Source: Trichomonas gallinae (lineage: Eukaryota). Taken from it: a stretch of 36,745 nt of DNA. Within the stretch, counting starts at the first letter, position 1. Each line of letters begins with the position of its first letter. Positions 20,491 through 30,981 of the stretch are shown here, one piece after another. The DNA is taken from the NCBI GenBank assembly GCA_008369845.1, contig MRSU01002278.1:1-36745 (forward strand), given 5' to 3'. The notes beneath the pieces are model-generated. The model searched no databases and had not been told where the DNA came from. It worked only from the letters and a program-made list of their open reading frames with translations. The translations under genes and the position numbers were made by a program.

Positions 20491-22326
20491 CTATATGTGA
20501 TCCTTTTTGTTATGAGCGCCAATGTACTCCTCTATTGATGTGCGTATTGTATTATCCTCAACCATTCTCATCGTCGATGAAATAGTTTGGCCAAAAATAT
20601 CTTTGATTGTTAAATCAATATTATCTCTCTGCAGTAACAGTGACACAATGTTTCTTTGACCGTGCATCACTGCCTCAAAGATTGGAGAATGGCCCATGTC
20701 GTTTATCATGTTAACATCAGCATCATTTCTTTCCAAAAAATAACTTACAATATCAGACAATCCTTTTGCGCATGCAATATGAAGTGCTGACATACCATTA
20801 TGTCTCTTGTCATTAGGGTTGAGCAAATTTCTCTCCTTGAAAAGTGCCACAACATCTGCACTGTTGCATCGCAGAGCAATCAGCATCGCTGACTCTCCGA
20901 GGAAATTTTTCATGTAAGGGTCAATGAAAGGCATGTTTAACAATTCCTCAACGCAGTCAACATTATTCTCACGTGCAGCATGATGCAGTGGAGTCCAACT
21001 GTTTATGTCTTTCGGATTAACATCAGCGCCAGCTTCACCGAGAAGTTTGACAATTCTTGCATCACCAACAATTGCAGCAACATGCAATGCTGTTTGTCGA
21101 TGTCTTGAATATAAGCTCAAATCAATGCATGGATTAGTTATCAATATTTTTGCTGTTTCGTATGATCTGAAACATGCAGCAAGCATTAAAGGTGTCAGGG
21201 TATCATTGCCTTTTGCATTTATATTTCCACCCAATGCAATAGCGTGCTGAAGTGCAGTGAAGTTATTAGCAATCGCGCAAGTGTGAACAACAGAATAAAG
21301 AGTGGGCTCAGATTGAGTGACAGTTATCCTGTGTGTATTTAGCAGCCACTCGAAGACTGCGTCATTCGAAAACAATGATGCTAGTTGCAGAGCATTCTTT
21401 TCATCGAATCTTCTCTGCTCAATCAAATGTATAATTTCTGCATTTCCACCCATAATAGCAAAGTGCTCTGGATATAATCCGTCATTATCGCAAATATTTA
21501 GATCTGCATTATTTAATAATAAAAATTTAAAACATCGTATTGAGCCGTAATTTGCTGCATATGATATCAGTGTTGGATTGGAGTGGCAAAATATTTGGTG
21601 CTCGAAAACAATGTTTTGAATTTTCTCGTTGATGTCGAAATTAGTTGTTGTCGATAGCTGCTGAAGCTTGTTTACATCATCTATCTTTATACACATAGCA
21701 CATTGATCGTATTGAGAGCCGAGTTTGATAAAATCTTTGAGCATTGTGAAATTATTTTCGACAAGTTTATCCATGTGAGCTTCTAAGTAAATTGCGTTGT
21801 CAATTAATGATGATCCAACTAATGATGTTCCTAATATTGATGCCCTGAGGAAATTTGCTATGACTGTTGTACAATTCGGATCATTTATCTCAGGAAGGAA
21901 AAATAATGCCTTGAGCATGGTATATTGTGACCTAAAATTGAAGTTTTCTAATGCATATGTCTTGATATCGTTGACATCAAATGTACCGAGATCAATACAT
22001 ATGCGAAGAGTAGTAAATAAAGGTATTTTGTGATACATAAAGTCCAAAAGGAATGGTTTTTTGAATATTTGATCCAGGAATATTCGCTTAAATTTATCTT
22101 TGTATTTATATCTTTGGGATTCTGATGCAAAATAATGTATAATTCGTGCATATGCGTTAAGACTTTTGACTCTACATGGTATTTGTTGAATGAATTTAGA
22201 AACAAGAGTCAAAACTTTATCAGATTCAGTAAAATAAACAGATTTCGAGATAGAATTGATTGTAGTATGGATATTTTCGTCAGTGACATCCAAAATCAAT
22301 CTATCTAGATGCAATTCACTTTCCAT
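20491..22326 (-). CDS. Ankyrin-repeat protein with a DUF3447-like region
   Basis: IKIDDVNKLQ...TLISYAANYGSIRCFKFLLLN...HFAIMGGNAEIIHLIEQ, then ankyrin repeats (TPLMLAA, TALHVAA, TPLHHAA, SALHIAC). Start moved from the track TTG (22332) to the ATG at 22326; TCATTTT initiator at 22348-22354 (minus strand). Confidence 0.93.
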   Translation of the reverse strand: MESELHLDRLILDVTDENIHTTINSISKSVYFTESDKVLTLVSKFIQQIPCRVKSLNAYARIIHYFASESQRYKYKDKFKRIFLDQIFKKPFLLDFMYHKIPLFTTLRICIDLGTFDVNDIKTYALENFNFRSQYTMLKALFFLPEINDPNCTTVIANFLRASILGTSLVGSSLIDNAIYLEAHMDKLVENNFTMLKDFIKLGSQYDQCAMCIKIDDVNKLQQLSTTTNFDINEKIQNIVFEHQIFCHSNPTLISYAANYGSIRCFKFLLLNNADLNICDNDGLYPEHFAIMGGNAEIIHLIEQRRFDEKNALQLASLFSNDAVFEWLLNTHRITVTQSEPTLYSVVHTCAIANNFTALQHAIALGGNINAKGNDTLTPLMLAACFRSYETAKILITNPCIDLSLYSRHRQTALHVAAIVGDARIVKLLGEAGADVNPKDINSWTPLHHAARENNVDCVEELLNMPFIDPYMKNFLGESAMLIALRCNSADVVALFKERNLLNPNDKRHNGMSALHIACAKGLSDIVSYFLERNDADVNMINDMGHSPIFEAVMHGQRNIVSLLLQRDNIDLTIKDIFGQTISSTMRMVEDNTIRTSIEEYIGAHNKKDHI

Positions 22327-22579
22327 TATCAAATCAAGTTGATATTGAAAATGATTTTTTGATTGATTCTAAAGAATAAACCAATAAAACATTTAAATAT
22401 TGATTAAAAATCGGAAAATAATTTTCGAGAATTTAACCTTATTTTGAAAAGTGAAAAATTTTGAGATAAAACATCAATATTTTATCAATGTTATATGAGA
22501 AAAGTGAAACTATTTACATATAGATTAATAATAACCAAAAAGTTTGAATTTTTTTGTAAAATTATTTTTATTAAAAAAG

Positions 22580-24247
22580 ATGATCAAAGGGCTGAGTGAA
22601 GTTTACGACATCAATCTGCTCAACGATCGTCAGTACATTCATACCATTACGTCGTCGCTTGGATATGACGATCTCGTTGTTATTTACAGAAATAAAAGTG
22701 CATTATTTACTCCCACTTTGGTTAAGAGATTTTATCACCACGTTATTGGGCTGGATCAATCAACAGAAGCTTCGTTCGCTGCTTATTTTTCCAGTTTGCT
22801 TAGAAATCAAGAAGAAAGACATTGGTCACCAACAACGCCTAAATACACAATAATTTCAAGCGCATGCCACATATATAATTCGTTCATGAATTATGATGTT
22901 GTTATTGAAGTCGACACAAAAGGAATTAAAAAAAGTTTTTCATCGAGAGATCCAAAATTTAATTTAGTTTTAGACCAAGAAACTACAAAACAAATATACT
23001 TAAGTAGTGCTCTAAGATATTTTAGAGGCTACTCCGTTTTAACACATTATTTATTCGATTCTTCATTTTGGAATGAATTATCTGTTTATGTTATTCATGA
23101 ACTCTCATTAACATATGATGACTTCATCTATATAGCAAACAATCATCCGCTTGTTAATGAATTAGAATATTCTTTGGCGCACGGAATGATTCAATGTCTT
23201 ACACTCGAGCAAATTTGCGATTATATTGAACAATTTGATTATAAACTACCGAAATTAATGACATGCTTTATTGAGATGGTTCATTCACAAGAAAAAATAA
23301 TGAAGGAAATTAAATCATTGATAATTAAGCATTTAAGTCGCTATGCTGATGATATAGAGTGCACATATTATTACATTAAGTACTTAATTAAGAAGTTCGA
23401 CCTTGGAACGATTCAACAATATATTCCATTAATGTATAATACAATCGGACAGAATCCTCTGAGCTCAATAGCGTGTGCATTATACAATATTGCGATAGAT
23501 AATAAGAAAGAAGCGCTCATTCATCTAAATCTTGCAGGATTTTGCAAAAACTGGCCACAAAAGCCAATGACTAAAAGCGAAATCCAATATACTAAGCCAG
23601 ATAAAACTCTTCCTTTTACTGTAACCGATAATGAACTATCTTTATACAGATCTCCATTGTCAGGTCCTTTCCATGAGTATTTTGAAGCTTTATGCATGCT
23701 GGCCTCTAACACAGGCATCAAATACTTCTCGAATTCCATACAAGAATTCTGCGAAGGCAAAATTGAACAAAATCAAGAAAACGTTCCAATATATTATCCT
23801 AACTTTCACTTCCACAAGACCACTTTTATCGAAGAGCTGGAACTATTCGACCCAGGAGTGTCAGGTGTACCAGCTGTGAACGAGCTGAGCGAGTGCAACA
23901 TCACAACAATATTCAAAGAGTACTCGAAATATGTTGTTAAGTGTTTTCAGCACCGTAACAACCTTATATCGTCCATATCCCCTCGTCACTACAGCTCTAA
24001 GGACTTAAGACTCGCTGTTAAGCTTGGCGATCCTCAGCTTTATAAAGTCATTTCCAAGGAAATTTGCAAGTTCAATGTTTCGTCGAACGATAAACTTGTT
24101 ATGTTGAAAGCGCTCGAGCTTGGATTGGACAAAAATTGGGATACAATACTAAACCTGCAGGTGTATTCGAATACCCAAAACGAAAAGAACGCGGTGGACC
24201 AGATGATGCCTTATATTGCCGGACTCAAACGCCTCTGTTCGCAATGA
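22580..24247 (+). CDS. ChAPs (Chs5p-Arf1p-binding; Bch1/Bud7-like) exomer cargo-adaptor homologue
   Basis: LGYDDLV (cf. LGPPDLV), FYHHVIGLDQSTEASFAAYFSSL (cf. HYVxGxDxSSxASxAAYxxxL), YNSFMNYDV (cf. YNAFxxxD), TPR-like EALIHLNLA. Start set at the ATG at 22580 rather than the track TTG. Confidence 0.8.
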   Translation: MIKGLSEVYDINLLNDRQYIHTITSSLGYDDLVVIYRNKSALFTPTLVKRFYHHVIGLDQSTEASFAAYFSSLLRNQEERHWSPTTPKYTIISSACHIYNSFMNYDVVIEVDTKGIKKSFSSRDPKFNLVLDQETTKQIYLSSALRYFRGYSVLTHYLFDSSFWNELSVYVIHELSLTYDDFIYIANNHPLVNELEYSLAHGMIQCLTLEQICDYIEQFDYKLPKLMTCFIEMVHSQEKIMKEIKSLIIKHLSRYADDIECTYYYIKYLIKKFDLGTIQQYIPLMYNTIGQNPLSSIACALYNIAIDNKKEALIHLNLAGFCKNWPQKPMTKSEIQYTKPDKTLPFTVTDNELSLYRSPLSGPFHEYFEALCMLASNTGIKYFSNSIQEFCEGKIEQNQENVPIYYPNFHFHKTTFIEELELFDPGVSGVPAVNELSECNITTIFKEYSKYVVKCFQHRNNLISSISPRHYSSKDLRLAVKLGDPQLYKVISKEICKFNVSSNDKLVMLKALELGLDKNWDTILNLQVYSNTQNEKNAVDQMMPYIAGLKRLCSQ

Positions 24248-24708
24248 GTCTCCTATTTTTGTGTTGTTTGATATGTAAATATTAGTATATATTAATCCGA
24301 TTTGATCTTTAATTTATGTGGTCAAAAAAAAAATTTTTTTTTTGTTGATGTGTGAAAAATTTATATCTATAACATCAACAAAAATAATTAAACTATCATT
24401 CGTAAAAATTAAATAAAATAATTGAATGGCAGATACTGGTATCAAAAGCAATGGAATCATACTCAGAATTGTTATTGCAGATGAAATTAAATGCAAAGAT
24501 GATGGCTTTGTCATAAAAATAACATTGAATGGGGCGATTATTTCTCATTCAAATCCATTATATTTAATTTTCCAATTCTGTCATAAACAACATCACCACT
24601 ATATATAGAATATTTTTACGCAATAAAATCTGAAAAAAATATTTTATGTTTTATAAACATTATCTATATGTGCTTAGAGTAATTTTATGTTGATTGTCTT
24701 TGGAGACC

Positions 24709-24757
24709 AACGGTTTTTTAAGCACTCAAAATTTTGAATTTTTGAGAACAACCGTTT
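24709..24757. promoter_or_regulatory. Inverted pair of Myb-like/M3-like sites upstream of the permease
   Basis: aacggtt (24709) and its reverse complement aaccgtt (24750) flank an inner dyad ctcaaaa...ttttgag (24725-24746). Confidence 0.35.
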
Positions 24758-24881
24758 TCAAGGAATTTTTTGGTTATAAAATATAAGCATATAAGTTGAA
24801 AAATACAATTTTCATATCTGACATCGTTGTAAAGCATTGAAATCATTTTTCTTTCTTTTTCTCTTGCAACCAACCCAGTAA

Positions 24882-26627
24882 ATGACAACAAGAACTGAAT
24901 TGCCGACTGTAAAAGCGAATGTCAACGTCCCCGACGGGGATCTAACTGCTGGCAGCGAAAATAAAATTAAAGAAGATGCCAACAACAGCAGTTCAAGCTC
25001 TAATGTCTCAATAGAATTAGAGAATGGATCTTCGCCGGAGATTTCCAAAGAAGAAAAGCCTTTATCACTGTCAAGAGGAATACATTCTTGGCATGTAACA
25101 CTTATATCGCTTGGAGGAATAGTTGGATCATGCTATTTCTTAGGAGTTGGTCTTACATTCAGCGAAATGGGTGCGGTACCCGTTCTTATCAGTTATCTTA
25201 TTGCTGGTGTATGTGTCTTTGGTGTAATGCAGTCATTTTCCGAACTCCTCGTCAACCTACCTAGAAATGGATCATTCGTATCCTACAACAGAGAGTTTTT
25301 AGGCGATATTTGGGCCACTGCCATTGGTTGGTCTTTTTGGCTGAATTGGGTCGTATTTGTACCCTCAGAATGCCTTGCCTTCGCAACATTTATGAATACC
25401 TACTACACAATTCCATTTAAGAAGCCAGAATGGAGCACATTTGCATGGGGCTCAATTTGTTTGCTTCTTTTGACAATTATCAACCTTGTGAAGATCTCAT
25501 GGTTTGGATACGTCGAAAGCATCATGTCTATTGCCAAGATCGCAGCTATTGGTGTATTTTGCATCATTGCTTTCTTCATTTGGGTTGGACTCATTGGAAA
25601 GAATGTTCATCCATTCACAGAAACAGAAGTTGGTTTCATAGGTGCTAAGATATTAACGCAGGGTGAAGGTTCGTTGGCAGAAAGATTATTCCCGAAAGGT
25701 TATCTAATCATTATCACTTATATGATATTCGTTTTGGTCAATTTCGAAGGAACAGAAATTGTCGGACTCTCAGCTGCAGAAACAAAGGATCCAGAAAAAA
25801 GTATTCCTTCCGCTTGCAAGAAAGTTACAATTGAGATCGTTTTAATCTACATCATACCACTCATCATGCTTATTTTGATTGTTCCATACAGCAAAGCCTC
25901 GCTCGATGAAAGCATTTTTTCATATGTTTTAACTGCTTACGGATTGAAGTGGGCAGGACATTTATTCACAGCTGTTACACTTGTTGCCGCTTTTTCATGC
26001 GGCAATTCCGGACTTTATGGAACGACAAGAGCAATTTATGGTCTCAGTCTCGAAGGACTAGCTCCAGAGTTTCTTTCTAAGCTTAACAAGAACTCCATTC
26101 CAATGAACGCTACCATTTTCACATTAATTTGGACTTGGTTAGTTTTACTATTCGGATTTCTTGCAGATTCATTGCACGCTTTCGGCGACAAGGGAACATC
26201 GTTCTACGGATCCCTTCTTGGTATCAGCGGATTCACAGGAACGGTTATGTGGGTTGGAATCATCATTTCACAGCTTGTCTTCAGATTCAAGCTCAAGAAG
26301 CGTGGATATGATGCAAAGAAGGACATAATCTCAAAGTCTTTCTTATACCCATATTTACACATCTTCTCTGCAATCGTCCAAATTCTTGCAATGATTCTAC
26401 TGATTATCAGCCCAGATGGCTGGGTTATTTTCGCGATTTCTGCTGTCTTCTTCGTTCTTTGTATGCTCGTTTACTGGGTTTTTAATAAGGCAGGAAAATT
26501 AAGAAAAGATATCAAATATGATTCGAGTGAAATCCAATTTGATAAGAAATATCCACCAATACTCGATGGTCAACAATATGAACTTGGTTCTGATGAATCA
26601 ACAGAAAGGATTGCTCCTGAATTATAA
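24882..26627 (+). CDS. Amino-acid permease, APC superfamily (AAT/YAT-like)
   Basis: LSRGIHSWHVTLISLGGIVGSCYFLG TM1 motif; FEGTEIVGLSAAETKDPEKSIP; AAFSCGNSGLYGTTR; about 12 hydrophobic segments. Confidence 0.95.
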   Translation: MTTRTELPTVKANVNVPDGDLTAGSENKIKEDANNSSSSSNVSIELENGSSPEISKEEKPLSLSRGIHSWHVTLISLGGIVGSCYFLGVGLTFSEMGAVPVLISYLIAGVCVFGVMQSFSELLVNLPRNGSFVSYNREFLGDIWATAIGWSFWLNWVVFVPSECLAFATFMNTYYTIPFKKPEWSTFAWGSICLLLLTIINLVKISWFGYVESIMSIAKIAAIGVFCIIAFFIWVGLIGKNVHPFTETEVGFIGAKILTQGEGSLAERLFPKGYLIIITYMIFVLVNFEGTEIVGLSAAETKDPEKSIPSACKKVTIEIVLIYIIPLIMLILIVPYSKASLDESIFSYVLTAYGLKWAGHLFTAVTLVAAFSCGNSGLYGTTRAIYGLSLEGLAPEFLSKLNKNSIPMNATIFTLIWTWLVLLFGFLADSLHAFGDKGTSFYGSLLGISGFTGTVMWVGIIISQLVFRFKLKKRGYDAKKDIISKSFLYPYLHIFSAIVQILAMILLIISPDGWVIFAISAVFFVLCMLVYWVFNKAGKLRKDIKYDSSEIQFDKKYPPILDGQQYELGSDESTERIAPEL

Positions 26628-26960
26628 CTAAAACATTTAATTTTAATCAATTTCATCTTGTTAAAACAACTAATAGAAAAATTCCAATCAAAAACGTACT
26701 AATTTCTAAAACATAATTAAATTTTGAAATTAACACTTTATATGCTTAAATAAAGGCGCGGACACATAATGTCCAATGATAAAACTTTTTAACCTAAGAT
26801 TAAAGATACAATATGATAATAAGAGTCGCAATCCTGAAAAATTCAAAAAATTATATGAGATTCATTGGTCAAATTTGGTGTCTGTTCTTTTGCTTATATA
26901 AATCAATGGTTCTGATTAGTTAAAACAATATCAAACAAAACTTTATTATTAATAACAAAA

Positions 26961-28037
26961 TTAATATCTTCTTGGAGGGAAAGTGAGTGCAAAATTGACT
27001 TCATTTGGTGATCCACTCAATCCTTTTGAGTGATTTAATATTTGTTGCGCAAATCCATTATTTATATCAATAATTGGTCTTGCTTTTCGAATGAGACTAA
27101 GTCCTTCGTCATATGTCATGCCTTTAAATTCTAATAAGTAAGCAAGACACAAAGCAGCGGACCTAGAAATTCCTTTTCTGCAATGAACCAAGATTTTTCC
27201 ACCGCTTTCAATGGCATCGTTTGTAAATTGCACTGCATCCCAAAATTCGTCGTCAAATACTTCGAAAACTGAGTCTGTCAAATGAACAGAAGCGTATTTA
27301 AAATGTTCTGGAAAATTTATTGGAGAAGCGCCCGCATTTACATTAACAATGTGTGTTATTCCTGTCTTAAGTAGTAATGGTAAGTCTGAAGCCACTTTTT
27401 CTCCCGAAATATATAAACCTTCAATAATTTTATCGCACGAATCTTTGTAAATGGTTTCATCTGTCTTTGGCGATGGTATTGTTTTTAATTCCGACACTTC
27501 GTTTGAATCTAGTTGAATTGTCAATGAATTTCCTCTTGGAGGGATTGCAAGGCTTTCGTATTTCCTCGGCGATGCTGTAGGACGTTTTATAGCATCATTT
27601 ATGCATGCTGGCAAAGTAGCTTCCGAAAATATGCTTTCTGGTGGAATTTCTGAATTTGAAACGAAAAGATCGAAATTTGTATTTTTAATGATTTGCATGA
27701 GCTGAGTTCTATCTTTACTCGTTATATTTGTTGGTGACAATATCCAAATCTTGATATTTTGATATACTGAAGGTGTGATTTTGAAATATTGATTGATAAT
27801 ATGTACTATTTCTCTATAAGATAGCTTTTTGTTGTTGAATTCTGCCTTTTTGTGGATTTTCGTTGGTTGTGGTTCAATTAATATGACTGATGAATTCGAA
27901 TATTGTTTTGGATTTACGAAAAATTCACTCGCAGGTATAGGAACAAGTTTCCCATTCTGTATATGCATGAACATCATCGATTTCGGTGGACTGGGAGAAC
28001 TAGAGACAGAGATATCATTGCTGAATCCCTGCCCCAT
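26961..28037 (-). CDS. Dual-specificity protein phosphatase with an N-myristoylation-like start
   Basis: Intact VHCRKGISRS P-loop (27159-27188); IIEGLYISG, GITHIVNV, general-acid LTD, AYLL, RP.I.IN.GF; N-terminus MGQGFS. Confidence 0.95.
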   Translation of the reverse strand: MGQGFSNDISVSSSPSPPKSMMFMHIQNGKLVPIPASEFFVNPKQYSNSSVILIEPQPTKIHKKAEFNNKKLSYREIVHIINQYFKITPSVYQNIKIWILSPTNITSKDRTQLMQIIKNTNFDLFVSNSEIPPESIFSEATLPACINDAIKRPTASPRKYESLAIPPRGNSLTIQLDSNEVSELKTIPSPKTDETIYKDSCDKIIEGLYISGEKVASDLPLLLKTGITHIVNVNAGASPINFPEHFKYASVHLTDSVFEVFDDEFWDAVQFTNDAIESGGKILVHCRKGISRSAALCLAYLLEFKGMTYDEGLSLIRKARPIIDINNGFAQQILNHSKGLSGSPNEVNFALTFPPRRY

Positions 28038-28064
28038 GAATTTATTTGTAAACGTAAAATTTTT

Positions 28065-28072
28065 GTCACTTT
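28065..28072 (-). promoter_or_regulatory. AAAGTGAC core-promoter motif (Trichomonas M2-like)
   Basis: Exact AAAGTGAC 28-35 nt upstream of the phosphatase ATG, followed by AAAATT. Confidence 0.5.
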
Positions 28073-28602
28073 TATCAACGTGCTTTTTATTATTTTCGCT
28101 GAAATATTATCTATTCCACTATATTTTGCAAGATATTAGATCAAAATGTCAAAACCGTTATCTCGTTGTTATTTTGTCTTTTGTCTTTGAATTGGAATCT
28201 TTTTGTCTTTATCATTCATTAACTCATTTCTAGCTGATAATATCTAATCCATAAAAATCGCATATTATCGATTCATATAATCTAATTTTAGAAATTCTAT
28301 ATGTGTATAAAAAGGTGCTGATACCTGGTCTTTTCAGCGGAATCTTTGAGTTTGAGTGAGAAACAACGATATAAATTTTAATGTCGAATATTCTACAAGA
28401 AAATCGAATAAATAATATTTAGCTTCTCTCATGCTATTAGAGTGCATAGTATACTATCATATTTACCTACTAAATTAGTTCAGTTCTAATCACCTATGGT
28501 GAATTTTTGACAAATTTCAGATTTTGGGTGTCCGCTCCTTTGAATAATACAAGATTACTACCAGAAACTTGAGACGTCACTCTTAATTGGTTTGTTTTGT
28601 TT

Positions 28603-28909
28603 ATTTAACTTTTTTTGATTTCCACATAAAATCAATCATCAGAATAATCCACAGTATAAAAATATTATGGTTTGTTTATTGCCACCTAAGTATTTCATAT
28701 TGCATGTGTTTGATTTGCAAATTTTTAATTTTCAATATTAAAAATATCAAAATAGTTTAATTCAAAGTAGAAGAATATTATGTTTTGTATAATCCCACCT
28801 AAATATCTTTGACTACGTGTGTTTGATTTACAAATTTAACTTTTTTGATTTTCATTATAATTATATCAATAGTTTAATCCATAGTAAAAGAATATTATGG
28901 TTTGTATAA
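28603..28909. repeat. Degenerate tandem repeat, ~115-bp period, ~2.6 copies
   Basis: Anchor aatattatg(g/t)tttgt at 28661, 28774 and 28891; ccacctaa.tat...gtgtttgattt.caaattt occurs twice. Confidence 0.88.
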
Positions 28910-28940
28910 GAAGCTTAGATATTAGAAACATTTTGGGCGC

Positions 28941-29540
28941 TTACTTGCAGTCTTTCTTTTTCTCATCTGGGCAAGTTACGATAACACCAATGAAGAAGAG
29001 GAGTGAGAAAACAGCCCAGAATCTATTCCTGAATCTCTCATAATAATCACTCTGGCCTTTCTCGCCGTTTGGCTGTTTTTCGTTTTCAACTTGTGGTTTA
29101 GAGGATTTACCAGTAGCATCGGCCTTGTTTTGATCATTGTTTGTAGCTGCTGGTGCTTCATTCTGGCCTTTGCCTTGATTATTATTTTCATCATCAGGAT
29201 TAATCTCCACATCAACATCGCGTGTGGTAACTGGGCTTTCCTCTCTCTGTTCTTGTTCCTTGTCCTTTGGTTGCTCATTGTTGGCCTTTGATGGTGAACC
29301 TGTTTGTTTGTTATTCTTGTCTTGTTCCTGTGCTGGATCCTCGTTGTTATTGAAGCCTTCTACCTCATCTGAGACGGCTTTAGATGGAACTAAGCGATTC
29401 AAATTGTTCCAAAAAACCTTGATTGGCGATTCGTCCAATTTCTCATGGATTGGTGGTATATCTGGCTTAGTATATCTCTTCAATACCTCTTCTGGAATAT
29501 CAGCTGGTATATTTTGGTTCTCATTGTTTGCGGCAGACAT
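28941..29540 (-). CDS. Predicted tail-anchored membrane protein with a disordered N/E/Q-rich cytosolic region
   Basis: 199 aa from the ATG at 29540. Single hydrophobic segment FWAVFSLLFFIGVIVTC followed by the short tail PDEKKKDCK; no signal peptide. Confidence 0.85.
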   Translation of the reverse strand: MSAANNENQNIPADIPEEVLKRYTKPDIPPIHEKLDESPIKVFWNNLNRLVPSKAVSDEVEGFNNNEDPAQEQDKNNKQTGSPSKANNEQPKDKEQEQREESPVTTRDVDVEINPDDENNNQGKGQNEAPAATNNDQNKADATGKSSKPQVENEKQPNGEKGQSDYYERFRNRFWAVFSLLFFIGVIVTCPDEKKKDCK

Positions 29541-29958
29541 CAAAAAATCACAAAAAAAAAATTGTTAAAATAAAATAAAAAATTCACTGTTTTTTCACGC
29601 CCGTAAATTTTTTTAGAGAAAATTTTAGTTTTGTTTTTAGCTTATTCACTATTATGTTTCTCACAAATCCTTGAACAATAAGGTTTATTTTGACATCCGA
29701 TTAATTCTTCATTTTTCAAAATCGTTTTTGATCTTTTTAAAGCATATATTAATACTGAAAACATTACAAAATTCTTATCTTATTGCTCCCATTGCTTTAT
29801 GTTCCAAATTTATCGAAAGATAAAATATATCTTGAATTTAATCAAAAATAATATGCATTACATTTATAACTCTTATTATATCGAGTTTGCAAATGAGCAG
29901 GACTGAGATTTAATTAAATATTTCGATGATGAACAAAATCAAACAAATGGTTTATTAC

Positions 29959-30981
29959 TTAAACATTATAAAATGGAAGGTTGAATAGAGCAACAAAGAA
30001 GCTATTCAATCCAAGAACTGCAACAAAGGCAATAAGGCTAAAGATAATATCTTTTGTGATCTTTTTGTCAAACTTATCTTCCTCTGTGATTTTCATGACA
30101 TGTGGAATGATAGCAATTGAATCATCTTTAGCGCGTGTTAAAAGGCCTTCATACCATTGCATTTCAAACCATTTGAAGCCATCTATTGATCTAGCATTCA
30201 ATATGAAAAGAATAATGATGATAGTAAGGAGTACAGTAGATCTGATGCCCATTGTCGGTATGTTAAGAAGATATCTATTATAAGCATCATAAAACACCGG
30301 AATAGAGCTCTGGTTGTCTTTAAGAGCTTTAACAACTTCAGGGATAAAGAATATAAATGCTAAAGTTGCAATAACAACATAAGAGATTATAACAAAAATT
30401 GGAGGTAAGAAGTTAAATGTAAAGAATATCCAGCTTCCAAAGCAAACTGATAAAATTGCTTGGAAGATAGAGCTGCATCCCGAAAGAACTGATGATGTCG
30501 TAGTGAAAAACCAGAAGAAACCAACTACAATGATGACGATTTTCCATCCAGTAAAATCTGTTTTCAAAAACATGAGGAATAAAATTGTGGTAAGCATGAT
30601 AATAATAGATGGAGAGCCAAAATCGTTTCTTAAAGGGACCAAATTCGCGCCATCCCATTGCAGACAAGCAGGATTACGTGGCATTAGGAACTGTAGGAGA
30701 GCTGATATCACAGTAATCAGGCTGAAGTAGAATAGGAAATTTAAAATTTGTAATCTTGCCTTGTTATAGAATTTGGTGAGCTTTTGTTGTATACCAAATC
30801 CATATAATCTGAAGAAAATCGGAATAATGATCAAAAGTTCAATAGCGATCCAATTTAACGAATCGAAGTGAAAAATCAGCTTAAAAGTAATAAAAAAGGA
30901 GTTAAAAACAGGTGTATTTATCGCACAGCATCGATTGAACCAATTGTCGGCGATGCCATTTGATCTTACATAATTACTCAT
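29959..30981 (-). CDS. Multi-pass membrane protein, degenerate PAP2/DOLPP1-like
   Basis: 340 aa, about 8 TM segments. PAP2 motif scaffolds in the correct order: LQFLMPRNP (C1), FGSPSII (C2), SSVLSGCSSIFQAILSVCFG (C3). CDS is solid; family call is moderate. Confidence 0.65.
   Translation of the reverse strand: MSNYVRSNGIADNWFNRCCAINTPVFNSFFITFKLIFHFDSLNWIAIELLIIIPIFFRLYGFGIQQKLTKFYNKARLQILNFLFYFSLITVISALLQFLMPRNPACLQWDGANLVPLRNDFGSPSIIIMLTTILFLMFLKTDFTGWKIVIIVVGFFWFFTTTSSVLSGCSSIFQAILSVCFGSWIFFTFNFLPPIFVIISYVVIATLAFIFFIPEVVKALKDNQSSIPVFYDAYNRYLLNIPTMGIRSTVLLTIIIILFILNARSIDGFKWFEMQWYEGLLTRAKDDSIAIIPHVMKITEEDKFDKKITKDIIFSLIAFVAVLGLNSFFVALFNLPFYNV

Noticed and set aside
24314..24608. Short ORFs between the ChAPs-like gene and the permease
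   Set aside because: 60-66 aa with no motif; may be a decayed gene fragment but not supportable.
28941..28967. C-terminal KKKDCK as an ER-retrieval or CaaX signal
   Set aside because: Position -3 is Asp (KKxx and KxKxx need Lys) and the Cys is at -2, not -4.
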